DNA of 64,000 nt from Candidatus Omnitrophota bacterium (GCA_030650425.1 JAUSED010000012.1:905-64904); one strand, 5' to 3'. Positions 1 through 11,326 are shown, counted from the stretch's first letter. Numbers and translations: made by a program. Notes: generated from the sequence alone by a model not told the origin.

Positions 1-1
1 G

Positions 2-973
2 ATGATAGAGCCCTACAAGGGCAGAGTGTTCGACCCGGCATGTGGAAGCGGTGGTATGTTTATCATGAGCGAGAAATTTGTTGAAAGTCACAAAGGTAAA
101 ATTAGCGATATTTCAATTTATGGTCAAGAAAGTAATCAAACGACTTATCGTCTTTGTCGAATGAACTTGGCTATTCGTGGCATTGATGGATCGCAGGTCA
201 AATGGAATAATGAAGGGTCTTTCTTAAACGATGCGCATAAAGACCTCAAGGCAGATTTTATTCTTGCAAATCCTCCGTTTAATGACAGTGATTGGTCGGG
301 GCAATTACTTCAAACCGATCCACGTTGGCAATATGGCATGCCACCGGCAAGTAATGCTAACTTTGCGTGGCTTCAGCACATGATTTATCACCTTGCGCCA
401 AAGGGCGTGATGGCGTGCGTGCTTGCCAATGGCTCGCTCTCATCTCAAACAAACAACGAGGGTGATATTAGAAAAGCGTTCATTGAAAAGGATCTCGTGG
501 ACTGCATTGTCGCGCTACCTAAACAGCTTTTCTATAATACAGGCATTCCGGCATGTATTTGGTTTGTTTCCCGAAAGCGTATGGGCAATGGCGATCGTAA
601 GCGCACTGGCGAGATCCTTTTCGTTGACGCTTCGGAAGTTGGCTATATGGAAGACAGCACTCACAAGGCATTTAGCGAGGAAGATATTGTTAAAGTTTCC
701 AAAACCTACCATGAATGGCGAAGGTGCGACGGCAAATATGAAGACATCAAAGGTTTTTGTAAATCTGCCGATATAGGAGAAATCACTAAGCATAATTTTG
801 TCCTCACGCCCGGGCGCTATGTTGGCATGAAAGATGAGGTTGATGACGGCATTCCATTTGAAGAAAAGATTACTGGGCTCACAAAGAAACTTGCCGAGCA
901 GATGGTAGAAGAGAAAAAGTTGGATGAGGAAATAAAAAAACAACTGAAAAATGTTGGATTTAAATTGGGGTAA
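2..973 (+). CDS. hsdM: Type I R-M methyltransferase subunit M (5' truncated by window)
   Basis: FDPACGSGG SAM-binding motif, NPPF catalytic motif, LFYNTGIPACIW; followed by hsdS and hsdR. Confidence 0.97.
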   Translation: MIEPYKGRVFDPACGSGGMFIMSEKFVESHKGKISDISIYGQESNQTTYRLCRMNLAIRGIDGSQVKWNNEGSFLNDAHKDLKADFILANPPFNDSDWSGQLLQTDPRWQYGMPPASNANFAWLQHMIYHLAPKGVMACVLANGSLSSQTNNEGDIRKAFIEKDLVDCIVALPKQLFYNTGIPACIWFVSRKRMGNGDRKRTGEILFVDASEVGYMEDSTHKAFSEEDIVKVSKTYHEWRRCDGKYEDIKGFCKSADIGEITKHNFVLTPGRYVGMKDEVDDGIPFEEKITGLTKKLAEQMVEEKKLDEEIKKQLKNVGFKLG

Positions 974-975
974 CT

Positions 976-2214
976 ATGGCAGATCAAACTTCTACAATTC
1001 CAAAGGGCTGGAAAATGACGACACTAGGCGAGGTCATTTCTTCAGGGCTTATTTCTAATCACAATAATAAAAGATATCCTTTGGCAGGCAATGAAAGAGC
1101 GAGGCGGCAGGGCATGTTTCCTTACTATGGGGCGGCCAGCGCAATTGATTTTATAGATGAATACAAATATGACGGATTTTATTTATTAGTTGCAGAAGAT
1201 GGCACAGTTTATGATGGAAAATCTCCAATGCTTCAGTTAGTCAATGGAAAATTCTGGGTAAGCAATCACTCTCATGTATTACAAGGGAAAGATGAAATTA
1301 TTACAAAATTTTTGTCATATATTTTAAAAAATGTAAGCATTTCTCCATATATTACAGGAGCTGTTCAGCCTAAATTAACAAAAGAAAATCTTTACAGCAT
1401 TTCTTTTTTATTTCCGGAGAATGAAACTGAACAACGCGCCATCGCGGAGGTACTGTCGTCTGTGGATGATAAGATTGAGCTTTTGCGCGAGCAGAATAGA
1501 ATTCTTGAAGAAACCGCGCAGGTGATTTTTAAAGAGTGGTTTGTTAATTTTAATTTTCCTGGTGCAACCGGCAAAATGGTTGATTCCGAACTTGGCGGAA
1601 TTCCAGATAAGTGGAGAATGGGAAAATTAGGCGAAGAATTTAATATTACGATTGGAAGAACGCCTCCGAGGGAGGAGCGTGAATGGTTCTCCAGCATTCC
1701 AATTGGTAAGAAATGGATTTCAATAAAAGATATTGGAAATAGTGAAATGTATATATCTAACACGTCGGAATATTTAACAGATGAAGCAGTGGAGAAATTC
1801 AATATTCCAATAATTCCTGAAAATACAACTATTATGAGTTTTAAAATGACGGTTGGAAAGCTTGCAATTACAACAGAAAAAATGCTTTCAAATGAAGCGA
1901 TAGCTCATTTGAAAATAAAAGAAAATTCAAATCTTTCTACCGAATTTATTTATTCTTTTTTAAAGGGCTTAGATTTTAATAGCTTAGGAAGCACTTCTTC
2001 TATTGTGACAGCTATAAATTCAACAATGATAAAAGATATAGATATTTTTATTCCTGAAAAACAAATAATGCAAAAATTTAACAAAGTAATTCAGCCGATT
2101 TTTGCAAAATTAAAGAACAATAATGGCCAAATTCAAACTCTCTCCGCTCTCCGCGATGCGCTTTTGCCTAAACTGATGGAAGGTGAGGTGCGCGTGAAAG
2201 GTTTTAATAATTAA
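976..2214 (+). CDS. hsdS: Type I R-M specificity subunit S
   Basis: IPKGWK..TLGE, two TRDs, EQRAIAEVLSSVDDKIEL spacer, LRDALLPKLM terminus. Confidence 0.96.
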   Translation: MADQTSTIPKGWKMTTLGEVISSGLISNHNNKRYPLAGNERARRQGMFPYYGAASAIDFIDEYKYDGFYLLVAEDGTVYDGKSPMLQLVNGKFWVSNHSHVLQGKDEIITKFLSYILKNVSISPYITGAVQPKLTKENLYSISFLFPENETEQRAIAEVLSSVDDKIELLREQNRILEETAQVIFKEWFVNFNFPGATGKMVDSELGGIPDKWRMGKLGEEFNITIGRTPPREEREWFSSIPIGKKWISIKDIGNSEMYISNTSEYLTDEAVEKFNIPIIPENTTIMSFKMTVGKLAITTEKMLSNEAIAHLKIKENSNLSTEFIYSFLKGLDFNSLGSTSSIVTAINSTMIKDIDIFIPEKQIMQKFNKVIQPIFAKLKNNNGQIQTLSALRDALLPKLMEGEVRVKGFNN

Positions 2215-2216
2215 GT

Positions 2217-3098
2217 ATGAGAAAAACGCAGTCATTCATAGATGAAAATATAAAATGGCAAGCGCTCGGCGACTATGTTTTGCGTATTGAAACGTATCGA
2301 GAAACATCCCCCGGACTTGTTATTGAAAATTGTAAGTCACTTATAGAATCAATTTTCAAAACTATTCTTGTTGAGGTTAACGCGAAGACTGAAGATGATT
2401 TAAAAAATATTGATATCAGCGGTCTGTATAAACAGGTAAAGAAAATTCTTTTTTTTGAGGAGAAAGGCTATTGCCATATCATTGGAAGCTTTTCCAATGC
2501 TATTGCGGAGTTTAGAAATAAGCTCGGAGAAACATCTCACGGGAAAGATATTTATACGCTAGAGAAAAATAGAAGCGCGCTATTTGGAGATGAAATTCAT
2601 TTTTTGCTCTCCACCACAGATAATATCGCTTTCTTTTTACTGAGCTATTACAAGAATTTATACCCTGTATATGCAGAGAAGAAGCGAGAGTTGGTTTATG
2701 GCGATTACAGTGAATTTAACGGATGGTTTGATGAAACGCAAGAACAAGTGGTTGTTGGAGGCGTGTCGTTATTGCCAAGTCGCGTGTTATTTGATGGAGA
2801 TATTGACGCATACAAGACCAGCTTGGGGGATTATTTAGGCAAGAATGATGTGGTTGAGAGGTTAAGAATAAGTCCGAACTTTGCATCAACCCATTCATTA
2901 ATAGGCGAATTGTCTCAATGTCAGAATTTTTCAAAAGAACAGGTCAGGCGATTGTTTGATGCGTTCTTCTTTAATAATCAAATCAGTTTGATAGCTACAG
3001 ATCAGGATGTGGCGGATTTTTTTACAACGCTTCTTCAGGAAAATGAAGCATTGCTTAGCGAAGGTGAATTAAATCAATTTAGGAGTCATTACAATTAA
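2217..3098 (+). CDS. Abortive-infection (Abi_C/HEPN-like) domain protein
   Basis: N-terminal [13 protein letters not shown]...[10 protein letters not shown] resembles Abi_C (R-x-H HEPN-like motif); lies between hsdS and hsdR. Confidence 0.65.
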   Translation: MRKTQSFIDENIKWQALGDYVLRIETYRETSPGLVIENCKSLIESIFKTILVEVNAKTEDDLKNIDISGLYKQVKKILFFEEKGYCHIIGSFSNAIAEFRNKLGETSHGKDIYTLEKNRSALFGDEIHFLLSTTDNIAFFLLSYYKNLYPVYAEKKRELVYGDYSEFNGWFDETQEQVVVGGVSLLPSRVLFDGDIDAYKTSLGDYLGKNDVVERLRISPNFASTHSLIGELSQCQNFSKEQVRRLFDAFFFNNQISLIATDQDVADFFTTLLQENEALLSEGELNQFRSHYN

Positions 3099-3100
3099 TC

Positions 3101-6100
3101 ATGAGCCATATTTACGAATCCACAGTTGAGGAATTTGTCATTGAGCTTTTGCAGGGTCAAGGGTTTGACTATTTATCTCCTGAGGCGCAGGAAATAGAAA
3201 GAAAAAGCCTTGCCGACGTAATTTTAATTTCCCGTCTTAAAAAAGCTATCAATATTCTTAACCCCACCATTCCGCAAGAAGCTCAAGAACAAGCTTTGCG
3301 TCAGGTTCTTAATTTGCCTAGCCAAAACCTTATTGATAATAATGAGGCTTTTCACAAAATGCTTACCGAAGGCATAGAGGTTGAGTATTTAGCAGAGCAT
3401 GGTGTGAAAGGTGACAAGGTCTGGTTGGTTGATTTTAATGATGTGCGAAATAATGATTTCATAGTATGCAATCAATTCACGGTTATCCAAAATAATATTA
3501 ATAAGCGGCCGGATATTGTTTTATTTGTTAATGGATTGCCATTGGTTGTTATAGAGCTTAAAAATCCAGCAGACGAAAATGCTACAGTTAAGAAGGCATA
3601 TACACAGATTCAGAATTATAAAAAGGCAATTTCAAGCTTGTTCTTTTATAACGAGATTTTAGTGGCGTCTGATGGATTGGATGCTAAAGCCGGGACGATT
3701 ACTTCAGAGTGGTCTCGGTTCTTGGCGTGGAAAACGGTCGATGGTGTAAAAGAGGATAAATCAACTGTTCCGCAAATTGAGACCCTTGTTAAGGGCATGC
3801 TCCGGCCGGATATTATCATTGATTTAATTAAACAATTTGTTGTTTACGAAAAGACCAGAAAAGAAGATGTAAGCACAGGGATTATAAGAATTGAGACTGC
3901 CAAAAAGGTCGCCGCATATCATCAATATTATGCCGTAGCTAAGGCTGTCGTTTCGACAAAAGACGCCGTAAAAGACGCGGGGAATCGAAAGGCTGGCGTT
4001 GTCTGGCATACTCAGGGAAGCGGCAAATCTCTTTCGATGGTTTTTTATACCGGCAAGGTTGTTCTGGAACTTGATAATCCAACGGTGGTTGTTCTTACAG
4101 ATAGAAATGATTTAGATAACCAATTGTTTGATACTTTTGCCGGGTGTAAGCAGTTATTAAGGCAGGATCCGGTTCAAGCAGAGAGTCAGGAACATTTAAA
4201 GGAACTGCTAAAAACTGCAGGGGGAGGAATAATATTTACTACTATACAAAAATTCTTTCCGGATAATGGCGAGCTGGTTTTTGATCTTTTGTCTGATAGA
4301 AAGAACATAGTTGTGATTGCTGATGAAGCGCATCGTAGTCAGTACGGATTTAGTGCAAAAACTACGGTTAAAAACGGCGAGGCATTTACGTCGTATGGGT
4401 TTGCGAAATACGTACGAGATGCATTGCCGCATGCTTCCTTTATTGGCTTTACTGGTACGCCGATTGAGAAGGAAGACGCTTCAACTTTGGCAGTATTTGG
4501 GAATTACATTGATATTTACGACATTGAGCAAGCTGTTGCTGACGGTGCGACTGTAAGGATTTATTATGAGTCACGCCTAGCAAAAGTTCATCTGAAACCA
4601 GAAGAAAAAGAAAAGCTTGATGCTGAGGTCGAGTCTGTTACTGAAGGGGAGGAATCGACTGCTAAAGAGAAGGCAAAAGCCAGATGGACACAGCTTGAGG
4701 CAATCGTTGGGCATCGGGATCGTGTGAGGATAATTGCAAAGGATATTATCGATCATTTCGAAAAACGGCAGGAAGCTTTTGAAGGCAAGGCATTGATTGT
4801 AGCAATGAGCAGGCGCATAGCAGTCGAGCTTTATGCAGAGATAGTTGCCTTGCGGCCCGCATGGCATAGTGAGGATAAACACAAAGGCGTTGTTAAAGTT
4901 GTTATGACATCGAGCTCAAGCGATCCTGAAAGCTGGCAGTTGCATAGCACGTCCAAGGATGACCGTAAGGCTATTGGAGACCGGTTTAAGGATCCCGATG
5001 ATGGATTAAAACTCGTTATAGTCCGGGATATGTGGCTTACGGGATTCGATGCACCATGCCTTCACACTATGTATGTTGATAAACCGATGCGTGGGCATAA
5101 CCTCATGCAAGCAATCGCTCGAGTTAACCGTGTATTTAAAGATAAGCCCGGCGGCTTAGTTGTCGACTACATTGGAATTGCTTCTGATTTGAAGAAAGCA
5201 TTGGCGACTTATACAGAAAGCGGTGGAAAAGGCGAGCCAATGCTTGATCAGAATGATGCGGTTGCGACTATGCTTGAGAAATACGAGATAGTCGTTCAGT
5301 TGTTTAGTGGTTTTGATTACAAGCGGTATTTTACTGCTGATACTAAAGGGAAGATGACGATTATTCTTGAAGCGCAGGAATATATTTTAGGTTTGGACGA
5401 TGGAAAAAATAGATTTACTAAGCAAGTTATATTGTTATCTAAGGCGTTTGCGTTATCAGTTCCGCATCTTGATGCTTTACGAATAAAGGATGAGCTGGGA
5501 TTCTTCCAAGCGGTAAAGGCCCGATTGACTAAATTTGAACCAACGGGTATGGGGAAGAGTGATGAAGACATAGAAACTGCTATCCGTCAGATTGTGGATC
5601 AAGCAGTTGTTGCCGAGGGTGTTATTGATATTTTTGATGCGGCTGGGATAAAGAGGCCGGATATTTCAATACTTTCGGAAGAATTTTTGGCGGAAGTCCG
5701 AGGAATGCAGAGGAAAAATCTTGCTATAGAGCTTCTCAAGAAACTTCTTAATGATGAATTGCGGATGCGCTTAAAGAAAAATCTTGTTCAGAGCCGCAAA
5801 TTGTCGGAGATGCTTGAGCAGGCTATTAGAAAATATCAAAACAACCTTCTTACAACGGCGCAGGTTATAGAAGAGCTCATCAAAATCGCAAAAGACATTA
5901 AGGAGTCAGATCAACGTGCTGAAGGTTTAGGGTTATCGGATGATGAGCTTGCGTTTTATGACGCTTTAGCAAATAACGACAGCGCGCGGGATGTTTTAGG
6001 AGATAAGACGCTTAAAGAGTTGGCAATCGTGTTGGTAGATAGGGTTAAGGCAAATGTTTCAATTGACTGGACACTAAAAGAAAGCGCGCAGGCTAAGCTG

Positions 6101-6226
6101 AGAACAATAGTCAAGAGGTTGCTTAGAAAATATGGGTATCCACCCGATAAGCAAATGTTAGCGACCGAAACTATCTTAAAACAAACAGAGCTTTTGTGTG
6201 ATGAATGGGTGGAAGCAAAGAAATAA
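3101..6226 (+). CDS. hsdR: Type I R-M restriction subunit R
   Basis: [19 protein letters not shown] nuclease motif, WHTQGSGKS Walker [20 protein letters not shown]3387-like tail. Confidence 0.97.
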   Translation: MSHIYESTVEEFVIELLQGQGFDYLSPEAQEIERKSLADVILISRLKKAINILNPTIPQEAQEQALRQVLNLPSQNLIDNNEAFHKMLTEGIEVEYLAEHGVKGDKVWLVDFNDVRNNDFIVCNQFTVIQNNINKRPDIVLFVNGLPLVVIELKNPADENATVKKAYTQIQNYKKAISSLFFYNEILVASDGLDAKAGTITSEWSRFLAWKTVDGVKEDKSTVPQIETLVKGMLRPDIIIDLIKQFVVYEKTRKEDVSTGIIRIETAKKVAAYHQYYAVAKAVVSTKDAVKDAGNRKAGVVWHTQGSGKSLSMVFYTGKVVLELDNPTVVVLTDRNDLDNQLFDTFAGCKQLLRQDPVQAESQEHLKELLKTAGGGIIFTTIQKFFPDNGELVFDLLSDRKNIVVIADEAHRSQYGFSAKTTVKNGEAFTSYGFAKYVRDALPHASFIGFTGTPIEKEDASTLAVFGNYIDIYDIEQAVADGATVRIYYESRLAKVHLKPEEKEKLDAEVESVTEGEESTAKEKAKARWTQLEAIVGHRDRVRIIAKDIIDHFEKRQEAFEGKALIVAMSRRIAVELYAEIVALRPAWHSEDKHKGVVKVVMTSSSSDPESWQLHSTSKDDRKAIGDRFKDPDDGLKLVIVRDMWLTGFDAPCLHTMYVDKPMRGHNLMQAIARVNRVFKDKPGGLVVDYIGIASDLKKALATYTESGGKGEPMLDQNDAVATMLEKYEIVVQLFSGFDYKRYFTADTKGKMTIILEAQEYILGLDDGKNRFTKQVILLSKAFALSVPHLDALRIKDELGFFQAVKARLTKFEPTGMGKSDEDIETAIRQIVDQAVVAEGVIDIFDAAGIKRPDISILSEEFLAEVRGMQRKNLAIELLKKLLNDELRMRLKKNLVQSRKLSEMLEQAIRKYQNNLLTTAQVIEELIKIAKDIKESDQRAEGLGLSDDELAFYDALANNDSARDVLGDKTLKELAIVLVDRVKANVSIDWTLKESAQAKLRTIVKRLLRKYGYPPDKQMLATETILKQTELLCDEWVEAKK

Positions 6227-6273
6227 TTATTGGTATCGACAAAGAAGGAAACAGTAATAATTGATGGTAAATC

Positions 6274-6951
6274 ATGGATGAAAAATATAAAGAATTATTT
6301 GAGTTATCGCTGAAAGTTTTAGATGAAGAACAGCAACGAACGAACAGGCTGGACGAAAAAGCTTCCAAGTATTTTAGCGTTTTAACTTTCTTGATTGGTA
6401 TTTATGGTGTTTTTTGTTCCCGCGTCCTATCGGAATGCATCCCATTTAAAGGCTGGATGGACGTTAGTCTAATCGGCTTGGGGCTTATTAACCTTTTGGG
6501 ACTAATTGCCGCTTGGTTTTTATGCTTCGCGGTTTTTCGGCAACACGTCATTGTCAAGATTCCATTGAATGACGAAATGATTAGGTTCTTTAACGATAAT
6601 GAGATGGTCGATGTCCATTACACATTGGCAAGGGCAAATAAAGACGCGCTTATCGAGAATCGGAGCATTACCGACAAAAAATCTTATTTGTTAGTGTGGA
6701 CGTATAAAATACTTTCATGGGTATTTGTTTTGATGGTTGTTATGATGTTTGTTTTTGGGATAAAAATATGGTCTACAAAAAACCATTCTAAGAGCGGAGG
6801 TGTTGTGATGACTGAGGAAAATAAATCTAAAGAGAAGCCGAAGGAGGATCTCAAGCCGCCGACTTACGACCGTATTACGGAAGGCTATGATCCGTCGAAG
6901 ACAAAGAAGATCGAGAAAGGCGTTGTTGAAAAAGATAAGGAAAAAAAGTAA
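6274..6951 (+). CDS. Hypothetical 3-TM membrane protein (loosely Pycsar-effector/DUF5706-like) with charged tail
   Basis: Three hydrophobic segments, LDEKAS..L start of TM1; internal RBS+ATG at 6796-6810. Confidence 0.6.
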   Translation: MDEKYKELFELSLKVLDEEQQRTNRLDEKASKYFSVLTFLIGIYGVFCSRVLSECIPFKGWMDVSLIGLGLINLLGLIAAWFLCFAVFRQHVIVKIPLNDEMIRFFNDNEMVDVHYTLARANKDALIENRSITDKKSYLLVWTYKILSWVFVLMVVMMFVFGIKIWSTKNHSKSGGVVMTEENKSKEKPKEDLKPPTYDRITEGYDPSKTKKIEKGVVEKDKEKK

Positions 6952-6978
6952 TCGAGATCTGTTCACTAAAGAACAACT

Positions 6979-7152
6979 ATGCCTGATGATCTTTTTGATG
7001 AGTTCATGGAATACGATTTCACGATGGGATCGGATGTCGTGAAATGCCCGCATTGCGGGGCCGACGTGCCATGTAGTTTGTTTTTCGATGATGAGGCTGA
7101 GTGCCCGAAGTGCGGAAAGAAGTTCCGGAAGGACGAGCATAAAGATACTTGA
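6979..7152 (+). CDS. Small Zn-ribbon protein (57 aa), absent from the ORF track
   Basis: Manual translation MPDDLFDEFMEYDFTMGSDVVKCPHCGADVPCSLFFDDEAECPKCGKKFRKDEHKDT*; two CPxCG knuckles; fills the gap between two + genes. Confidence 0.75.
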   Translation: MPDDLFDEFMEYDFTMGSDVVKCPHCGADVPCSLFFDDEAECPKCGKKFRKDEHKDT

Positions 7153-7178
7153 TTTACGTGGATACAGGAGTAGTTTAA

Positions 7179-8099
7179 ATGAGCATAGAACTAGTTCCAG
7201 ATCTTAAGAAATTGCCTCATATTTATGGAGCGCATAAAGATGAAAAGTTAGTTATCTTTGTGGGTGCAGGAATATCAGCTCTTTGGGGATGTAAACGATG
7301 GAAGGATATGGCAACCGCGCTGATAGATTCTTGCTATGAACGAGGCAGTATAGACTATTGGTCACGCGAAACATTATTAACAAAGTATTCTAGCGCACCA
7401 AGGAAATTAATTACTATTGCCAAGAATATTCTCAATGAAAACTATTTGGGGGAATTGAAAAAAACACTTCAGCTAGCACATGAGCGAAAGGCTAAATTGC
7501 CCGATTTGTTTAATAACCTATTTTCGCTCAAGGCAATTTACATTACAACCAATATTGATGATAATTTCTCGAGTTTATTTGATAAAGGCAATGTTCACTT
7601 TGACCCAACCAAATTTTCAATAGCTATACTTAAACCTAAAAATATTATTCACCTGCATGGGGTTATTCATAATCCAGAAAGTCTGGTTATGACTGTGGAT
7701 GAGTATATTGACCGTTATCAGAAGGATGGTTTTAGGGAATTTTTGGAATCGGCATTCTTCGATGAAAAGTACTGCTTCCTTTTTATTGGGTACGGTGTCG
7801 ATGAGATGGAAATCATTGATTTTATGATTCAAAAATATAGCAAGGGAGTCAAATCCTTACGAGGGTTTCTGAATCGCTTTTATATTTTGTTGCCCTTCTT
7901 CCATAATGAAGAGCCGTTATTCAAATATGAACAGCTATATTTTGATCAGATAAATATGTCAGTTATACCCTATTCAATAAATGCTAAAGGCTACGATCAA
8001 TTAGATGAAGTATTGTCATCATGGCGGAAGGCATTTGAGGAATACGGCAAGGGCGATGAATTTTATGGGTTTAACCAAATTATTGAGAAGAATTTATGA
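7179..8099 (+). CDS. SIR2-family (SIR2_2) NADase-like protein
   Basis: IFVGAGIS, ITTNID, HLHG, LFIGYG motifs; RBS AGGAG. Confidence 0.9.
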   Translation: MSIELVPDLKKLPHIYGAHKDEKLVIFVGAGISALWGCKRWKDMATALIDSCYERGSIDYWSRETLLTKYSSAPRKLITIAKNILNENYLGELKKTLQLAHERKAKLPDLFNNLFSLKAIYITTNIDDNFSSLFDKGNVHFDPTKFSIAILKPKNIIHLHGVIHNPESLVMTVDEYIDRYQKDGFREFLESAFFDEKYCFLFIGYGVDEMEIIDFMIQKYSKGVKSLRGFLNRFYILLPFFHNEEPLFKYEQLYFDQINMSVIPYSINAKGYDQLDEVLSSWRKAFEEYGKGDEFYGFNQIIEKNL

Positions 8100-11000
8100 G
8101 CCAGCTTAATACAGAAGAACAGCAAGTTCTTTATTTAATTAAAACCGATGCCGATCAAGCGAGGTATTTCTTTGCTCGGGTTAAATCATTGAAGTGGTTT
8201 TATCCTTTAAAGGATCAAGGATATTTTAGCCCGGAGAGCATTCCTTATGATTCGGAAGGACATGCGCTATTTTGGAATATTTTGAATTATTTTGAACGCG
8301 TTTCCGAGCAAGTAGCCCAGAATCCCCAATATGGCAAGGAGTTGATTGAAATCATTGAGAGTATTGTTCAATTTTCGCTTAATAAGAAGCGGGTTGACAA
8401 TTACCACATCGGGTGGTATTGCGTAAAAATCTTAAATAATCTACCTGCGGCGGTTATTAAAGATAACCTGACAGTCAATAAATTTCAGACCTGGCTTTTG
8501 GTATGGACAGATCATGGTTTAGGGAGCGATTTGACGATTAGTGATATTGGTGAAAAGCTTTTGCCGAAGTTTTTGCATGATGACTTTGGGCCTAATTATT
8601 TATATGCCGAAACAATTATAAACGTAATTACTGCAATCAAGGCTAGTGGAAAACCAGACACCTTTACAAAGCGAGACGATGCCATCATGGCTTGGCAGAC
8701 TTATTGGATTCTAGATGCTTTTAGGAAGCATGGTCAACTAATCGGTCAAAAAAGTTCTCTTAGTATTGTTTTTGAAATAGCAGAGAAGCTAAGCAATGCG
8801 TTGGAATATAAGCAAAAGGATCATTACACCGATTTAGAGATAGGAGATGCTATTTATCGCATTAGGGTTGCCAGAATCTTTGCGGATGGTCTGAAGCCTC
8901 GAGAGATTAAATTCAAGAACGATGAATATGAATGTGTAATTAGGCAATTCTCAAAAGAACAACTTGCAGGGGTTGATCGCCAGAATGATTTTTGGGCGCT
9001 TCATAATCTTGAACCGCAGATTGAATGCGGAAATTTTACATTTACTGCCTTAACGAAAGATTCGTTTGTCGCCGAAATAAGAAAGAATTTACCGACAGGT
9101 ATTAGCTGGCAAGGTGCAGACAAATTTGAGCAAAAGATCTTAAATATTCATGAAGGATTATATTCAGATTATTCACATATATGGTGCCGGACATTAAAGA
9201 GTGGGCCTGAGCATGGAGATGGTGCTGAAGATGTTTTGACTGTGATTTTGAGGGATATTTTACTTGCTAAGTGTGAAATAAATCGCGAAGCGGGCAAACA
9301 AATTTTAAGCTCCTTTTTAAACGATACTAAATATCAATTTCCCATATTCCGGCGTTTTGTACTTCTATGTATTGATAGATTCTGGACTGACTATTTTGAG
9401 CTTTTAGACAAACTGATTGAAGTTATCCCAACCATTCTTGAAGAGTCAGATCTTGAGGTAGAGATGCAAGACGTTATTCATAATCACAATTCCGCTTTTA
9501 GTCCTGTATTAAAGGACAGGTTGAAGGTTCTTATTGATAATGTTCCAGAATATTATATGAGCAAGGGGGATGAAAAACTTGTAGCTTATTGGAAATATAA
9601 ATGGTTATCGCCCTTGCGCGAAAATCCTGATTTCTCTTTTCTATATGAAGAAGCGAAACAAAAAGCCGAGCCTAAAGACGGCAAGCCATACGAGCCGGAA
9701 CGTTCAGCGTTTAAAGGTGGCTTTGTAAGTCATAAGTCACCAATTTCAAAGGAGGATATACTCAAAAAACCTGTTGCTGAAATAGTTAAATATTTGGCTG
9801 ATTTCAAAGGCGCTGATTTCTGGCATGGTGCTTTTGAAGGTGATCCGGATAGGGAAGGACTCGGGAGTGTTTTACAGGCTGTTGTAAAAGACGATCCGAA
9901 GAAATTTACTGACGAGTTTGACGCATTCATAAATGTCGATTATTTTTACCTTCAAGGAATGTTTCGAGGTATAAAAGACGCATGGAATGCCGGGACAGAT
10001 ATTGATTGGAAAAATATTTTAGATTTTAGCATTAAATATTTAAACAGAGGTAAAGATGCTATAATTGCCGAGGCTCTTAAAGCCCAAGGGGAGGACAGTG
10101 GTCAAGGACGGTATATATGGATTGTAGAGGCTATCGTTGAGTTGGTTGGCGATGGATCCAAGGATGATACAAAAGCATTTTCTCAGGAGTATTTTGACAA
10201 GGTTGAACAGATATTCGACCTAATACTTCCGTTGCTTAAAGGGGAAAAGCAGCCGGATACGCAAAGAGATGCTTTAACCTATGCATTAAATACTACTCTT
10301 GGCCGGACAATTATGGCGTATATGTCTTTTTCGTTGAGAGTTGCAAGGGCAACACAGAAAAAGAAAGAGAACTGGGGCCGGGATAAATTTGAGAGATTCC
10401 TTCCCATCGGTATAGATGGATATATTTGGCTTGGGTGCTATCTGCCACAAATGAAATACTTGGATAACGGTTATACAATAGAAAAAATCAATTCTTTTGC
10501 TCAAAAGGATTCTAGTGATTTCGAGTGGCAGATGTTTATGGAGGGATATCTGACTGGGGCTCGGGTATGTAAAGATTTATATACTTTAATGAGAGCGAAT
10601 TATATAAAGGCTCTCCAGAGTACGGTATTTAAAGGAAGGGCTGACGAGAGACTGGTTGAGCATATTTGCATTGGGTATCTTCAGCTTGGCGAAGCATTGA
10701 TGCAAAACAATGAAGAAGGCAAACCGAGTTTATTCTGGAAAATGCTTAACGAGGCTGACACAGAGGATAAACGAAGTCGATGGGAAGATGTCACTGGTTT
10801 CTTCTGGTCAATATCTGGTAGGACATTAAAAAAAGAAGAAAAAGACAAACAAGAAGAGCCATCTGAAGATTTTAAAAAGAAGATATTAGCCTTCTGGGAA
10901 TGGACAGTTAACGAACAGGAATTTGTAAAGGGGAAATTGGGTGACGCGTATTCTTCATTTCTATGCCGTATGGTAGAATTGACAATTTGGCTTGATGGGA

Positions 11001-11326
11001 TAGATGATACTACGGAAAAATGGATTATGCTTTCAGCTCCTTTTATCGAAATAGAACATCGCTCATCTTTTTTTATTGAATATTTAACTAAATTTGATGA
11101 TGATGAAAGTGTTCAGCGGATAGGCAAGATATTCATAAAAGTTTTGGAAACCGCCACGCCTAGCTTCAGGCAAGAAGAAATTCAGTTAATCGTTGGAAGA
11201 CTCTATAAGCTTGGAGAAAAGAACCCGGGAGTTAAATCAGATGCAGATAATATATGTAATACTTATGGGAGGCGAGGCGCACATTTCTTAAAGGAATTGT
11301 TTTACAAGTATAGTAAGGAACAATAA
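8096..11326 (+). CDS. Large, probably alpha-helical hypothetical protein (1076 aa), translationally coupled to SIR2
   Basis: ATGA overlap with SIR2; YFF..V.S.KWF.PLK..GYF.P start resembles the non-catalytic part of long defence sirtuins; no Walker A seen. Confidence 0.8.
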   Translation: MSQLNTEEQQVLYLIKTDADQARYFFARVKSLKWFYPLKDQGYFSPESIPYDSEGHALFWNILNYFERVSEQVAQNPQYGKELIEIIESIVQFSLNKKRVDNYHIGWYCVKILNNLPAAVIKDNLTVNKFQTWLLVWTDHGLGSDLTISDIGEKLLPKFLHDDFGPNYLYAETIINVITAIKASGKPDTFTKRDDAIMAWQTYWILDAFRKHGQLIGQKSSLSIVFEIAEKLSNALEYKQKDHYTDLEIGDAIYRIRVARIFADGLKPREIKFKNDEYECVIRQFSKEQLAGVDRQNDFWALHNLEPQIECGNFTFTALTKDSFVAEIRKNLPTGISWQGADKFEQKILNIHEGLYSDYSHIWCRTLKSGPEHGDGAEDVLTVILRDILLAKCEINREAGKQILSSFLNDTKYQFPIFRRFVLLCIDRFWTDYFELLDKLIEVIPTILEESDLEVEMQDVIHNHNSAFSPVLKDRLKVLIDNVPEYYMSKGDEKLVAYWKYKWLSPLRENPDFSFLYEEAKQKAEPKDGKPYEPERSAFKGGFVSHKSPISKEDILKKPVAEIVKYLADFKGADFWHGAFEGDPDREGLGSVLQAVVKDDPKKFTDEFDAFINVDYFYLQGMFRGIKDAWNAGTDIDWKNILDFSIKYLNRGKDAIIAEALKAQGEDSGQGRYIWIVEAIVELVGDGSKDDTKAFSQEYFDKVEQIFDLILPLLKGEKQPDTQRDALTYALNTTLGRTIMAYMSFSLRVARATQKKKENWGRDKFERFLPIGIDGYIWLGCYLPQMKYLDNGYTIEKINSFAQKDSSDFEWQMFMEGYLTGARVCKDLYTLMRANYIKALQSTVFKGRADERLVEHICIGYLQLGEALMQNNEEGKPSLFWKMLNEADTEDKRSRWEDVTGFFWSISGRTLKKEEKDKQEEPSEDFKKKILAFWEWTVNEQEFVKGKLGDAYSSFLCRMVELTIWLDGIDDTTEKWIMLSAPFIEIEHRSSFFIEYLTKFDDDESVQRIGKIFIKVLETATPSFRQEEIQLIVGRLYKLGEKNPGVKSDADNICNTYGRRGAHFLKELFYKYSKEQ

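Noticed and set aside
8096-11326. Avs/STAND NTPase or Argonaute partner of SIR2
   Set aside because: No Walker A/B or PIWI-like motifs visible
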